Assembly: GCA_964537935.1 (NCBI GenBank)
Contig: CAZICT010000002.1
Location: 12,922-76,921 of the forward strand
DNA length: 64,000 bases
Reading direction: 5' to 3'
Origin: an uncultured Candidatus Saccharibacteria bacterium
GTDB taxonomy: Bacteria > Patescibacteriota > Saccharimonadia > Saccharimonadales > CAZICT01
Shown: one piece after another, positions 46,029 to 55,243 of the stretch
Position numbering within the stretch: the first letter of the stretch is position 1
How the letters are laid out: every line of letters begins with the position of its first letter
Notes under the pieces: model-generated
What the model was told of the DNA's origin: nothing
The model's input: the letters and a program-made list of their open reading frames with translations, nothing else
Databases searched by the model: none
Position numbers and translations under genes: made by a program

Positions 46029-47293
46029 TGAAGGTCCTAATAGCCACATCGACACTTCCAGCTACTGACGAAGATAAAGTGCCCGCATTCGTCAAAGATC
46101 AAGCGATCCATATGATTAAGCGGCATCCCAATACTAAAATAATAATTCACGCACCACATAATCACTATAGCCAAACTCATACCCTCAAAAGCAAACATAA
46201 GCCTTACAAAGAGGTGAGATTTCATTACTTTTGGCCCTACAGGCTGGAGCTACTAGCAGGAAGAGGCATCATGCCTGCTCTCAAAGCCAATAAATTTCTT
46301 TATATCCAAATCCCGTTTCTTTTCATTTTTCAATTTTTTTCACTGTGGAACTTAACACGCAAAGAGAAGCCGGAGCTTTTGTATGCACATTGGTTCACCC
46401 CCCAGGCAATAAACACTGCCTTAGTATCCAAGTTGACTGGCATTCCCTTTGTGTTCACTACCCACGCATCGGATGTTTCCGTACTTAAAAAACTTCCTTT
46501 TGCATCAAGGCTTGTGCGGTGGGTGTGCAAACGGGCTCGAGCTTATACGGCAGTGTCTGAACGAACAGCCAACAAGCTGAGAGGTTTTTTTACGACAGAA
46601 GAATGGAAAGAATACTCGAAAAAACTTTCAATTATCCCAATGGGCGTAGATATTAGTCTACCCAAACTGAGCAAGCAAGAATTAAAAGATGTAAGAAAAA
46701 AATACTCATTAGATGAACGTCCAATAGTATTATTCCTTGGCAGACTGGCCGAGAAGAAGGGTGTGACGTATCTTCTTAATGCTTGGGCGACTTTGCCTGA
46801 AAAACTTCGCTCTAACCATCAGCTAGTTATAGCCGGAGACGGCCAGTTAAGGCAAGTTTTGGAAAAAGAAGCCAAAGAGCTCAATCTAAACAATGTTGTT
46901 TTTGCCGGATATATATATGGAAAAGAAAAAGACGGTCTTTTTGCGCTAGCAGATTTCTTGTGTCTACCCTCTATAATTGACAGCTCTGGAGATAGCGAAG
47001 GGTTTCCGGTGGTACTTATGGAGGGGTTAGCTGCGGGCAAAATAGTATTGGCTAGCGATGCAACAGGCGGTGAAGCTATACTGACACATCGAAAAGATGG
47101 ATTTATTTTTACACAGAAGTCAGTCAATTCACTAACGAAAATTCTAAAGGACGCTATTACCCTTACGAAGACAGAAAAAGCCGTAATACAACAAGGATCA
47201 ACAAAACTAGCAACCCAATTTGATTGGGATAAAATCGACTTAAAACATTACATCATTTTAAAGAAAGCCGCTTATGAAAATACTCATCATTAA
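46028..47293 (+). CDS. Glycosyltransferase family 4 (GT-B)
   Basis: Start overlaps the previous stop (TAATG). C-terminal E.EGFP.V.MEG.A.G..V.AS signature. Confidence 0.85.
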   Translation: MKVLIATSTLPATDEDKVPAFVKDQAIHMIKRHPNTKIIIHAPHNHYSQTHTLKSKHKPYKEVRFHYFWPYRLELLAGRGIMPALKANKFLYIQIPFLFIFQFFSLWNLTRKEKPELLYAHWFTPQAINTALVSKLTGIPFVFTTHASDVSVLKKLPFASRLVRWVCKRARAYTAVSERTANKLRGFFTTEEWKEYSKKLSIIPMGVDISLPKLSKQELKDVRKKYSLDERPIVLFLGRLAEKKGVTYLLNAWATLPEKLRSNHQLVIAGDGQLRQVLEKEAKELNLNNVVFAGYIYGKEKDGLFALADFLCLPSIIDSSGDSEGFPVVLMEGLAAGKIVLASDATGGEAILTHRKDGFIFTQKSVNSLTKILKDAITLTKTEKAVIQQGSTKLATQFDWDKIDLKHYIILKKAAYENTHH

Positions 47294-48497
47294 TAGTGAC
47301 TCGCCAAATAACCGTGGTGATCGTGCAATTCTAGCCGGTAACATTAAGTTAATTAAAGATACTTGGCCCACCGCTAAAGTGTGGGCTTTATCTGAATATG
47401 CAGAACGCGATCAGGAATGGTATGGGATTGATTTTTTACCTATGTCCACATATTCGCTCAATCCTTTCGACTTACTGAAACTAGTACGTTTCAGTAAAAA
47501 ATGCGACTACATATTCTGGGGTGGCGGAGAGCTGCTAAAAGACTACACGAATAAGATAGGCATACTGTATTGGGTATTTAAAATTACACCTGTATGGCTT
47601 GTGAATAAAAACATTTATGGAATGTTTCAGGGTATTGGACCCACTAAAGCTCATTCTAGTAAAAAGCTCATTCGGTTTTTAGTTAATCGCACCAAAACAT
47701 TCCTAGTCCGTGATAAAGGGTCAAAGGACAAGCTAGAGTCATGGGGTGCTAAGGTGCCAGTCATTAGCTCTTACGACCCTGCTGTTATATGTCAGAACCA
47801 GAATATCGATGAAGAAACCACAATATTACTTAAGTCAAGTTTTGATATAGATACCAACTTTTTGCGTAACAGCATGGGTATCGGTGTGCGTAAGTGGTTT
47901 CACTACAAGAAAAGTGGCCTCATTCCTTTTAAGTTTCGCTTCTGGGAAAAGCGAAAACGCGAAAATAATCCAAAAATTGAAGCATACATTCAGAATTTCG
48001 CCAGCCTGTGCGACTGGACAATAGAAACTCATAACCTAAATCTGGTATTTTTTCCTATGCACATGCTTCATTCGGAAAACGACATTGCCTTTTCCAAAGA
48101 AATAGTTGCACGCATGAAACATGCTAATCGAACAAGAATTATTGATAAAGACATACTGTCTCCACAAGCTTATCTCAATGTCATCGGCAAATGTAGGTTG
48201 TTTATGGGTGTGCGGCTGCATTCATCCATATTAGCTGCCGCAGCCAATGTGCCAGCACTCGTTTTTTATTATGTCGACAAAGGGCGTTTATTTTTCGAAC
48301 AATTGAAAATGCAACGCTTCAGTCAGCCCATCGAAGATTTGTTAGAGAAAGATAATCTAGAAAGCATTAAAAGCGAGATTAATCAGCTAATCAGTGAAGG
48401 AAGTGTCGTAAAAAAAGAGCTTAGCAGTAATCTTATCCGTATGAAAAAACACATCTATACTGACTTCCAATGCGTCGTGCTAGAAAAGAAAGAATAG
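47274..48497 (+). CDS. Polysaccharide pyruvyl transferase family protein (CsaB/WcaK-like)
   Basis: N-terminal NSDSPNNRGDRAILAGNI motif and the late R.HS.I.A region typical of PS_pyruv_trans. It overlaps the upstream gene by 20 nt. Confidence 0.8.
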   Translation: MKILIINSDSPNNRGDRAILAGNIKLIKDTWPTAKVWALSEYAERDQEWYGIDFLPMSTYSLNPFDLLKLVRFSKKCDYIFWGGGELLKDYTNKIGILYWVFKITPVWLVNKNIYGMFQGIGPTKAHSSKKLIRFLVNRTKTFLVRDKGSKDKLESWGAKVPVISSYDPAVICQNQNIDEETTILLKSSFDIDTNFLRNSMGIGVRKWFHYKKSGLIPFKFRFWEKRKRENNPKIEAYIQNFASLCDWTIETHNLNLVFFPMHMLHSENDIAFSKEIVARMKHANRTRIIDKDILSPQAYLNVIGKCRLFMGVRLHSSILAAAANVPALVFYYVDKGRLFFEQLKMQRFSQPIEDLLEKDNLESIKSEINQLISEGSVVKKELSSNLIRMKKHIYTDFQCVVLEKKE

Positions 48498-48609
48498 ACA
48501 TGCCAATTTTGTATCACGCTCTGTATTATTTGTTCTCGTGCTAAATCAAGTAGTAAATTCGGATGGGGTTTTCCTTTCAGCTCTTCTTTAGATAGAATCA
48601 TTTAATAAC

Positions 48610-49563
48610 ATGGCTATGAGCACAATAAAGAAACGCATGATCGGTATCATTTTCATCTTTCTGGTTCTAGTCTTCTTTGTATTATATCTCCGAGATATTG
48701 ATTACGCACAATTTGAGACACTTATTATCAATTGGCCTTTACTCCTGTGGTCTACTATTCTTTCACTTGCCTTCCGCTTCTGGGGTGTATTCATCTGGAG
48801 AACTATATTGCAAGACTTAGGTAGTAAATCGCTTCCTAGCTTCAACCTACTGAGTAAAGTCTACGCGAAAGCTTGGATGGGACGATATATTCCTGGAAGC
48901 ATTACCTGGATTGCCGGCAAGATCTACCTAGCAAGCTCTATTGGCATATCCAAAAGCCGCCTAGCAATCGCTTCGATACTAGAAGCAGTAGTACAAATTG
49001 TTGCAATTACCGTGGTTTCATTTTTTCTGGTTGGATTTGATTCTCGCACTAGCGTAATAGCCACCGAATTTAAGCTACTGCTTGTATTAGGTGCAGCTAT
49101 GCTACTCATTTCTCTTTACGCTCCAATATTTAACCGCATGGTTCGACTGGTATTTAGATTAATTAGACGCAAAAATGCTTATGAAGAGTTACAGTCCAAT
49201 AATAAAACAGTCTTACGCTCATTCCTTCTTTATGCACTTGGGTCATTCTTATCAGGCACAGCTTATTTCTTTATGACTCAGGCTATATATGGTTCAACCT
49301 CTTGGAACCTATTCTTCTATTTAGCGGGGGCATACAACCTCGCAGGTGTTATTGGTATGGCCACACCTTTTGTACCAAGTGGTTTAGGTGTGAGGGATGG
49401 AGCACAGCTACTTTTACTTAGTGTAGTATTTCCCCGTGAAATTGCTTTAGCGTTAACCGTATTTAGCCGTCTTTGGTCAGCAATAGTAGATATCTTGTTT
49501 TACCTAGTATCTCAAACTGCCTATCAATTGAACAATAACCATAATAAGAAAAGCCGCCCCTAG
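48610..49563 (+). CDS. Flippase-like membrane protein (lysylphosphatidylglycerol synthase TM region / UPF0104 family)
   Basis: 8 TM helices with GRYIPGS and PSGLGVRDG motifs characteristic of the family. Confidence 0.7.
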   Translation: MAMSTIKKRMIGIIFIFLVLVFFVLYLRDIDYAQFETLIINWPLLLWSTILSLAFRFWGVFIWRTILQDLGSKSLPSFNLLSKVYAKAWMGRYIPGSITWIAGKIYLASSIGISKSRLAIASILEAVVQIVAITVVSFFLVGFDSRTSVIATEFKLLLVLGAAMLLISLYAPIFNRMVRLVFRLIRRKNAYEELQSNNKTVLRSFLLYALGSFLSGTAYFFMTQAIYGSTSWNLFFYLAGAYNLAGVIGMATPFVPSGLGVRDGAQLLLLSVVFPREIALALTVFSRLWSAIVDILFYLVSQTAYQLNNNHNKKSRP

Positions 49564-49570
49564 CCTACAC

Positions 49571-49912
49571 TTATTTTTCTAACACAATATCGCTTACATC
49601 TTTGAAATTTTGATATCCTGCTGGCCCTGACCTGTCATAATAGACTATATCTTCAAGCAACCCATACTCCGTGTCGAAACAGCTGTTAAATATTACCCTG
49701 AAGGTATTAACAGGCGTCATAGAGTCATAAAGCTGGGTTCTATCACAATACTCCGGTAGATATATTGCTGAGTAGTTCCTGGTTCTTTCCTTGATCACTT
49801 CTGGCCTTACATCATGTAAGCCCTTCTTACCTTCAGAGCTGGAGAGCGTACCATGGTCTGATTGAATTATAATTATGGAATTCGGAAAGACTCTAGTCGT
49901 ATTTTGTATCAC
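49571..49912 (-). pseudogene. Orphan C-terminal fragment of a sulfatase / phosphoglycerol-transferase-like enzyme
   Basis: 113 aa starting at a GTG, with IIIIQSDHG (the sulfatase-family ..DHG motif that normally sits in the last third of a catalytic domain of about 400 aa). No N-terminal catalytic part is present upstream. Confidence 0.45.
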
Positions 49913-49945
49913 TTCAAATCAAGAGATTAACCCGGTGCTAACGCT

Positions 49946-51706
49946 CTATAATTTTATAATCCGGAGTGTACAAGGCATATCGGGGGCTCCACGAAAATCT
50001 TCACAAGGTAGCTCTGCTTCATAGACTCCAATAATATTGGGGTTTTCTATCCTAGTTTTATGTTGATCAGTTGGAGTATACTCGAAGAAATACTCAATAT
50101 TATTCTTTTTGTAGAGTTCAATGAAGCTGCTATCAGTGTAGTTATATCCCCTACCTGAAATTCCAAATACTTGTGACTCGAGTAAATATGCAAGGCCAAC
50201 AGTTGTCCTGTAGTTATTTGATACTATTCTACTTCCTTTTGGTATAGCCCTCTCTGCTTTTATCTCATTTGCTAGCCTATTTACAGCTGGAAGAGGCAGT
50301 CTTATGAATGGGCTTAGTGGTGTCTTTCGGTTGGGTGCACTTATGCTTAATGGATTACCTATAGGAATACTATAAGGATATTTTATCCCTTGTATATAAC
50401 TTAAATAAAATGAAAAAGGAATGAATAACACCATAGATATGAAAATAACTCGTTTTATTAGCCCTCCTGTTATCAAGTATTTCTTCCAAACATGAGGTAA
50501 TAATAAGAGAAAAACAAATAGTGAAACTGGAAGCAATGGCCAATAATACCTGGTGTTACCTCCTCCAGAGGTTGAAGAGGTTATAGCTGCATAGCCCAAG
50601 AAATATACAAAAAAAACAGTCGATGTAAGATACACATTTTTGTAGTTATCAAACTTTATTATCCCCAAAATCATAGCCAAACATGTCATAAACATTACAG
50701 GTAGCGCAAACGGAGACACAGAAAATATTCGATTTACATAAAAAGGAAATGCCTTTACTCTCTCGATTGTATAATGCTTTAAATTTGATAAAGTGAATAT
50801 TGTTTTATCTTCGCCTGCATCTTTGTTGCTAGGGGTACGATCCTCGTTATACGATACGGCATGCTCATTCGGGGGGCTAGGTAATAGTTCCTGGGATTTT
50901 TTTAATGAAGGGTCAAATCTTCCTTCAATGTTGACCGTAAAAGATGATCCCATCGTAACATTACCATACTTATTAGTAAGCATAGCTATCCAAGGTAAGG
51001 ATACCAATAAGAAGCCAGCTAATATTACTCCTAGGAATCCTATGACTTGCTTCGGAGATTCTTTATAAACTACATATCTCAATAAAACCCAACATATAAT
51101 AACTGTGAAAAATACAGGTATTAGAAATAGCTTAGTGAAATAACCCAGTGCCCCAATAGCACCTATTAAAAAACCTAGGAGTATTTTTTGGCTAATCTTT
51201 TTGAGTTTGTTTAGTAATTCATCGGCTTCAATAATAACCACCGTAAAGAGAAGTACCCATACAACAACCAATAGATCTGGTGTGTTCTCCCGAACCGCAA
51301 CCATAAGAAAAGGAACAATAGAACCCAAGAATATGAACAAAATTAAATAATTTTTACCTGCTCTTTTCCAAAGAAACCAACATCCTAGTATAACTATAAG
51401 AAAGGCAGTCAAGAAGTTTATTGCCATAAACGCCAGTTGTCCATCTAAGCCCAACACTATTAGAGGCGCCATGAGCCAACTCACCATGGGAGACCAATAG
51501 GCATTAATTGCTGTTGCGAAGTTTCCTTCTGCATATTGACGAGCAATAGACAGATAAGAGATACCGTCTATATTACTTATTATGTAGCGAGTCTGATATG
51601 CAGAAGCAAATATTAATAAGGCTGAAACAGCTATAGCTGCGTAAAAAAACAAAGGATATAACCTACGAAATTTACTTAAGTTTAATTTTTTTGGTGCTAT
51701 TTTCAT
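49946..51706 (-). CDS. GT-C fold membrane glycosyltransferase (GT39 / ArnT / PMT_2-like)
   Basis: 586 aa. After the first TM helix comes the first-loop region NIDGISYLSIARQY. About 12 TM helices are followed by a roughly 130-aa soluble C-terminal domain. Confidence 0.6.
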   Translation of the reverse strand: MKIAPKKLNLSKFRRLYPLFFYAAIAVSALLIFASAYQTRYIISNIDGISYLSIARQYAEGNFATAINAYWSPMVSWLMAPLIVLGLDGQLAFMAINFLTAFLIVILGCWFLWKRAGKNYLILFIFLGSIVPFLMVAVRENTPDLLVVVWVLLFTVVIIEADELLNKLKKISQKILLGFLIGAIGALGYFTKLFLIPVFFTVIICWVLLRYVVYKESPKQVIGFLGVILAGFLLVSLPWIAMLTNKYGNVTMGSSFTVNIEGRFDPSLKKSQELLPSPPNEHAVSYNEDRTPSNKDAGEDKTIFTLSNLKHYTIERVKAFPFYVNRIFSVSPFALPVMFMTCLAMILGIIKFDNYKNVYLTSTVFFVYFLGYAAITSSTSGGGNTRYYWPLLPVSLFVFLLLLPHVWKKYLITGGLIKRVIFISMVLFIPFSFYLSYIQGIKYPYSIPIGNPLSISAPNRKTPLSPFIRLPLPAVNRLANEIKAERAIPKGSRIVSNNYRTTVGLAYLLESQVFGISGRGYNYTDSSFIELYKKNNIEYFFEYTPTDQHKTRIENPNIIGVYEAELPCEDFRGAPDMPCTLRIIKL

Positions 51707-51724
51707 TTATTTAATTATTAATAG

Positions 51725-53212
51725 TTAGTTAATTACAATTTTCCTAAGAAAGTCGTGTAAATTCTTATTGATATTTATCACAAAAGTGTTTGACCAATAC
51801 CATGTTGGCTCACCTGAGACCAAATGCGAAACTAGTCCAGCACCACTCAAGTACATAACAAATACTATCAGTAGTGCTACGATTTTCAAAAATGGATGGA
51901 CAGCACGGACCGCATGGTTTATTCCTAGTACCATGATAGTCATAACCGGTAGTAATATATTTAGAAGGTAGCGCGGTTGAATAGCTAAAGGTTGATTATA
52001 TCGATAATAGGTTGATGCATTCTGAACAAAAATAACCGCCAGCGAAAATACTGTAATAGCAAGTAAAAAGTAAAAGAATATGTTTTTAGGCATGGCTCTC
52101 CACGCGTAAGCTAAGCTTAGGGTTCCACTAATCACGAGCGAGAATACAACGAAATGTATTACAGGTAACGGCTCTTTTACTTCTATAACCTCCCCTTCTA
52201 TTGTTCGCCTAGCCGACCAGTTAGTATAAAAGAGCATCCTCCTAAACCACTCTATAGAGAAATCAGTTGGCGAAAGCCGTGGGCGCTCATCTTTGGTTTG
52301 ACGTAACTCCATATTTCGTTTTGCTATGGGGCTGGCCATGCATCGTTGTTCTGAAAGTGTCCTCTCGCAAGAAGGTCGATAGTTACCGTAACGAACAAAG
52401 TTATATCCATGTATAGAACCGAGCCAAACGCTAAGCAGTACCATAGGAACGATTACACTTAGTTTCGTCAGCAAACTAGCGTCATGAAAAGTGGCTTTAA
52501 TATCTCTCAGGATTCTCTTACCACCATACTTTCGTACTAAGTAAATTGATACAAAAGCTACGCTTGCTACAACTACAAGCAAAAAGGTGATTTTTACCAG
52601 TAAAGCTAATAATCCTACGATTATCACTTTAGAAAAGTCGAGCCACCCTAGTTCTTTTTTATTTAGAAGCTGCACACAAAGAATTAAGTACAGTGCCGTC
52701 AAAGGAAAGATCAAGTTATCATAATTTATAGTTGCTGCTACAAGCGGCACTATAGGCAATAGAACAAAAAATAGTGTAGCGACATTGATATATAGTTGTC
52801 TAAGTCCAATTTTTAATAAAAGTCTCCAGAATAGCACTAGGCCCCAGGCAAATAGCCCTATATTTATGGCTCTTAGAAAAATTATTTGAACCATAAAGCT
52901 ATCGGTGACTGATTGAATGAGCTGCGTTGGGTAACTTAATAAATAATGGTAAAGATATGATCCTTCACGCGCGATATGACGGAAAACGTCATAATGTTCT
53001 GGCTGTTCATTAATAATAGGCCAGGAGTTTTCAGTAAAAACACGTATTAAACCATAGTGGTATTCTTCGTCATAAAGCAAAGGATACTGGAATGATGCAG
53101 CTATCCATAAAGCCTGAAATACAAGAAGGCCTACTATCAGCCAAAAAAGCCGGCGTGACGATAGCACCTTAAGAATAGTCTTGGTAAAGCTATTGAGTTT
53201 ATCTCTTAGCAT
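51725..53212 (-). CDS. Second GT-C-like polytopic membrane protein (ArnT/DUF2142-like)
   Basis: 495 aa. After the first TM helix comes an acidic first loop, YDEEYHYG. About 11 TM helices in all. Adjacent to and co-oriented with the 586-aa GT-C gene. Confidence 0.5.
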   Translation of the reverse strand: MLRDKLNSFTKTILKVLSSRRLFWLIVGLLVFQALWIAASFQYPLLYDEEYHYGLIRVFTENSWPIINEQPEHYDVFRHIAREGSYLYHYLLSYPTQLIQSVTDSFMVQIIFLRAINIGLFAWGLVLFWRLLLKIGLRQLYINVATLFFVLLPIVPLVAATINYDNLIFPLTALYLILCVQLLNKKELGWLDFSKVIIVGLLALLVKITFLLVVVASVAFVSIYLVRKYGGKRILRDIKATFHDASLLTKLSVIVPMVLLSVWLGSIHGYNFVRYGNYRPSCERTLSEQRCMASPIAKRNMELRQTKDERPRLSPTDFSIEWFRRMLFYTNWSARRTIEGEVIEVKEPLPVIHFVVFSLVISGTLSLAYAWRAMPKNIFFYFLLAITVFSLAVIFVQNASTYYRYNQPLAIQPRYLLNILLPVMTIMVLGINHAVRAVHPFLKIVALLIVFVMYLSGAGLVSHLVSGEPTWYWSNTFVININKNLHDFLRKIVIN

Positions 53213-53296
53213 TCAAGCTTTATTATAGCAATAATATGCCAAGACAAGCCGTGGTGCACCAACCTCAAACCTGTTAAAGTATTGCTTGAATCAACT

Positions 53297-54616
53297 ATGA
53301 AAGTATTAATAATTTCTCATGACAAAGTTGGGCCAAGCATGGCAGGTCCAGGCATTAGGTATCACCATATAGCTACTGAGCTATCTAAGTATTTCGAAGT
53401 AACGCTGGCTACATTTAATCCAAGCTATCTTGATGGCCTGAAAAATACTAAGTACCGATATACGGATATTAAAGTTTTTGATTTTGAAAACGAGTTTGCT
53501 AAATATGACGTTATTTACGCACTTTGGTTGAGCGAAGAAATGATAGCTTTCGCTAAAAGTCGAGGCATTAAGTTAGTGTTCGACTTGTATGCCCCCGTAC
53601 CTGTTGAAGACTTGATCGCACGAGTGTTCTCGGGCAGGACTACCGCTCAAGACGACTACGATTATGGAGTTTCATTAGAGAATTATAGAAAATTCCTAAG
53701 AGACGGCGATTACTTTACCTGCTCTAATTCTAATCAAAAAGATTTTTGGGTCGGTTATGCCTTTTCTGCAAATGCCGCAAAACCAAGCGAATACTCAGGT
53801 CAACCGCTATACGATAAATTTGGGGAAGTTCCCATGGGCATAGATCTTGCCGAACTAAAAACTAAAAGCGATACCAGCATTTTATCTAAACGCATCAAGG
53901 AGATACGCAAAAATGACTTTGTCATTGTGTGGACAGGAGGAATATGGGATTGGTTTGATGGCGTAACTCCTATTAAGGCAATTAATAACTTGGTTAAGGA
54001 AGGCCACACCGATATAAAGTTGGTTTTTTTGGGTACCAAACACCCAAACGAGGATGTTCCTGCTATGAGCGAAACAAAGATAGCGTACGATTTAGCTAAT
54101 AAACTGGGCGTCTTACACAAACAAGTGTTTTTCCTGGAGGGGTGGATACCTTACGCAGACAGAATAGACTATTTGCTTTCTGCCAATGTAGCGCTTTATG
54201 CACACAAGCCCTCTATTGAAGCTCGCTACTCTCATCGCACAAGAGTCCTTGACCACATTCTCACAGGCCTTCCTACGATTGCGACAGCTGGAGACTTTTT
54301 AGGGGAAGAGCTGGCACATAAAAATATGGGGATTATCGTGCCACCAATGGATTCCGAAAAACTAAGCACTGCAATTCTTTCTTTAAAAGAACCTGTTCGC
54401 TACAAAGAAATACGAAAAAGCCTGTTTGAGCACCAGCCTACCTATACTTGGGAAAATACAGTTCGACCGTTAAAAGAATTTATTTCCAATATTGACCATA
54501 GCCAAACACCCAGTTCTTTACCAGTAACAAAAACTCGCTTGGGCTTTAAAAAGAAACTTAAGAAGCTTGTTCCCCAAAAGATTAAGAATTTTATCAAGCG
54601 GGTTTTACTAGATTGA
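53297..54616 (+). CDS. Glycosyltransferase (GT-B, GT4-like)
   Basis: MKVLIISHDKVGPSMAGPGIRY start, typical of GT4 relatives, with a C-terminal Rossmann half. The ATG at 53297 is preferred over the track TTG at 53282. Confidence 0.7.
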   Translation: MKVLIISHDKVGPSMAGPGIRYHHIATELSKYFEVTLATFNPSYLDGLKNTKYRYTDIKVFDFENEFAKYDVIYALWLSEEMIAFAKSRGIKLVFDLYAPVPVEDLIARVFSGRTTAQDDYDYGVSLENYRKFLRDGDYFTCSNSNQKDFWVGYAFSANAAKPSEYSGQPLYDKFGEVPMGIDLAELKTKSDTSILSKRIKEIRKNDFVIVWTGGIWDWFDGVTPIKAINNLVKEGHTDIKLVFLGTKHPNEDVPAMSETKIAYDLANKLGVLHKQVFFLEGWIPYADRIDYLLSANVALYAHKPSIEARYSHRTRVLDHILTGLPTIATAGDFLGEELAHKNMGIIVPPMDSEKLSTAILSLKEPVRYKEIRKSLFEHQPTYTWENTVRPLKEFISNIDHSQTPSSLPVTKTRLGFKKKLKKLVPQKIKNFIKRVLLD

Positions 54617-54640
54617 TGGTCATATTTACTGTGTTATAAT
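54613..54640 (+). promoter_or_regulatory. Candidate promoter of the 189-aa/552-aa gene pair
   Basis: TTGATG (54613-54618, overlapping the upstream stop), 16-nt spacer, perfect TATAAT (54635-54640). Confidence 0.4.
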
Positions 54641-54670
54641 TAAGGTGTTAATGACCCAAACAAAAACCAT

Positions 54671-55240
54671 ATGAGCTATCCAGTAAAGAAATCATCAAAA
54701 AAGAAATTATTTATTACTCTTATAGTGATTTTGTTTATTTCTGCGGTATTTGTTGCGGGTTTTACTATTTATAAACAAAACAAATCTTCAAATAACCAAA
54801 ATACTGATGTTTCTCAAGAAACTTCTAGCAACATAAACTTTGATCCTCCTACCGAAGAAGAACAACAGTCAGGCAATATGGTTAAGGAAGAAGTTGATAC
54901 CCCTACACAATCACAAAATCAAAGTCCCCGACCAGAAAATCAAAAACAATCTGTAGATGTAGTCATAACAGATGCATCACAGTACGGAAATGATATTGAG
55001 GTACGTGCTTTTACCCCTGATATCTTGCAAGAAGGAGAGTGTGTTATAACCTTCACTAAAGGTGAGCATAGTTTACGCAAAAACGCTCCCGCCCATCCTG
55101 ATGCCACTACAACAATTTGTACCAATCCTGCGATAAATCGTGATGAATTTCCCGCTAGCGGTGAATGGACCGTTGTGGTAAGCTTTACTTCCCGAGATGC
55201 TCAAGGTAAATCTGAATCACGCACTATAAATATAGAGTAA
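54671..55240 (+). CDS. Hypothetical membrane-anchored secreted protein (189 aa)
   Basis: Basic N-terminus + TM (LFITLIVILFISAVFVAGFTIY), a Q/N/S/E-rich linker and a Cys-containing C-terminal domain. Confidence 0.55.
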   Translation: MSYPVKKSSKKKLFITLIVILFISAVFVAGFTIYKQNKSSNNQNTDVSQETSSNINFDPPTEEEQQSGNMVKEEVDTPTQSQNQSPRPENQKQSVDVVITDASQYGNDIEVRAFTPDILQEGECVITFTKGEHSLRKNAPAHPDATTTICTNPAINRDEFPASGEWTVVVSFTSRDAQGKSESRTINIE

Positions 55241-55243
55241 GTT

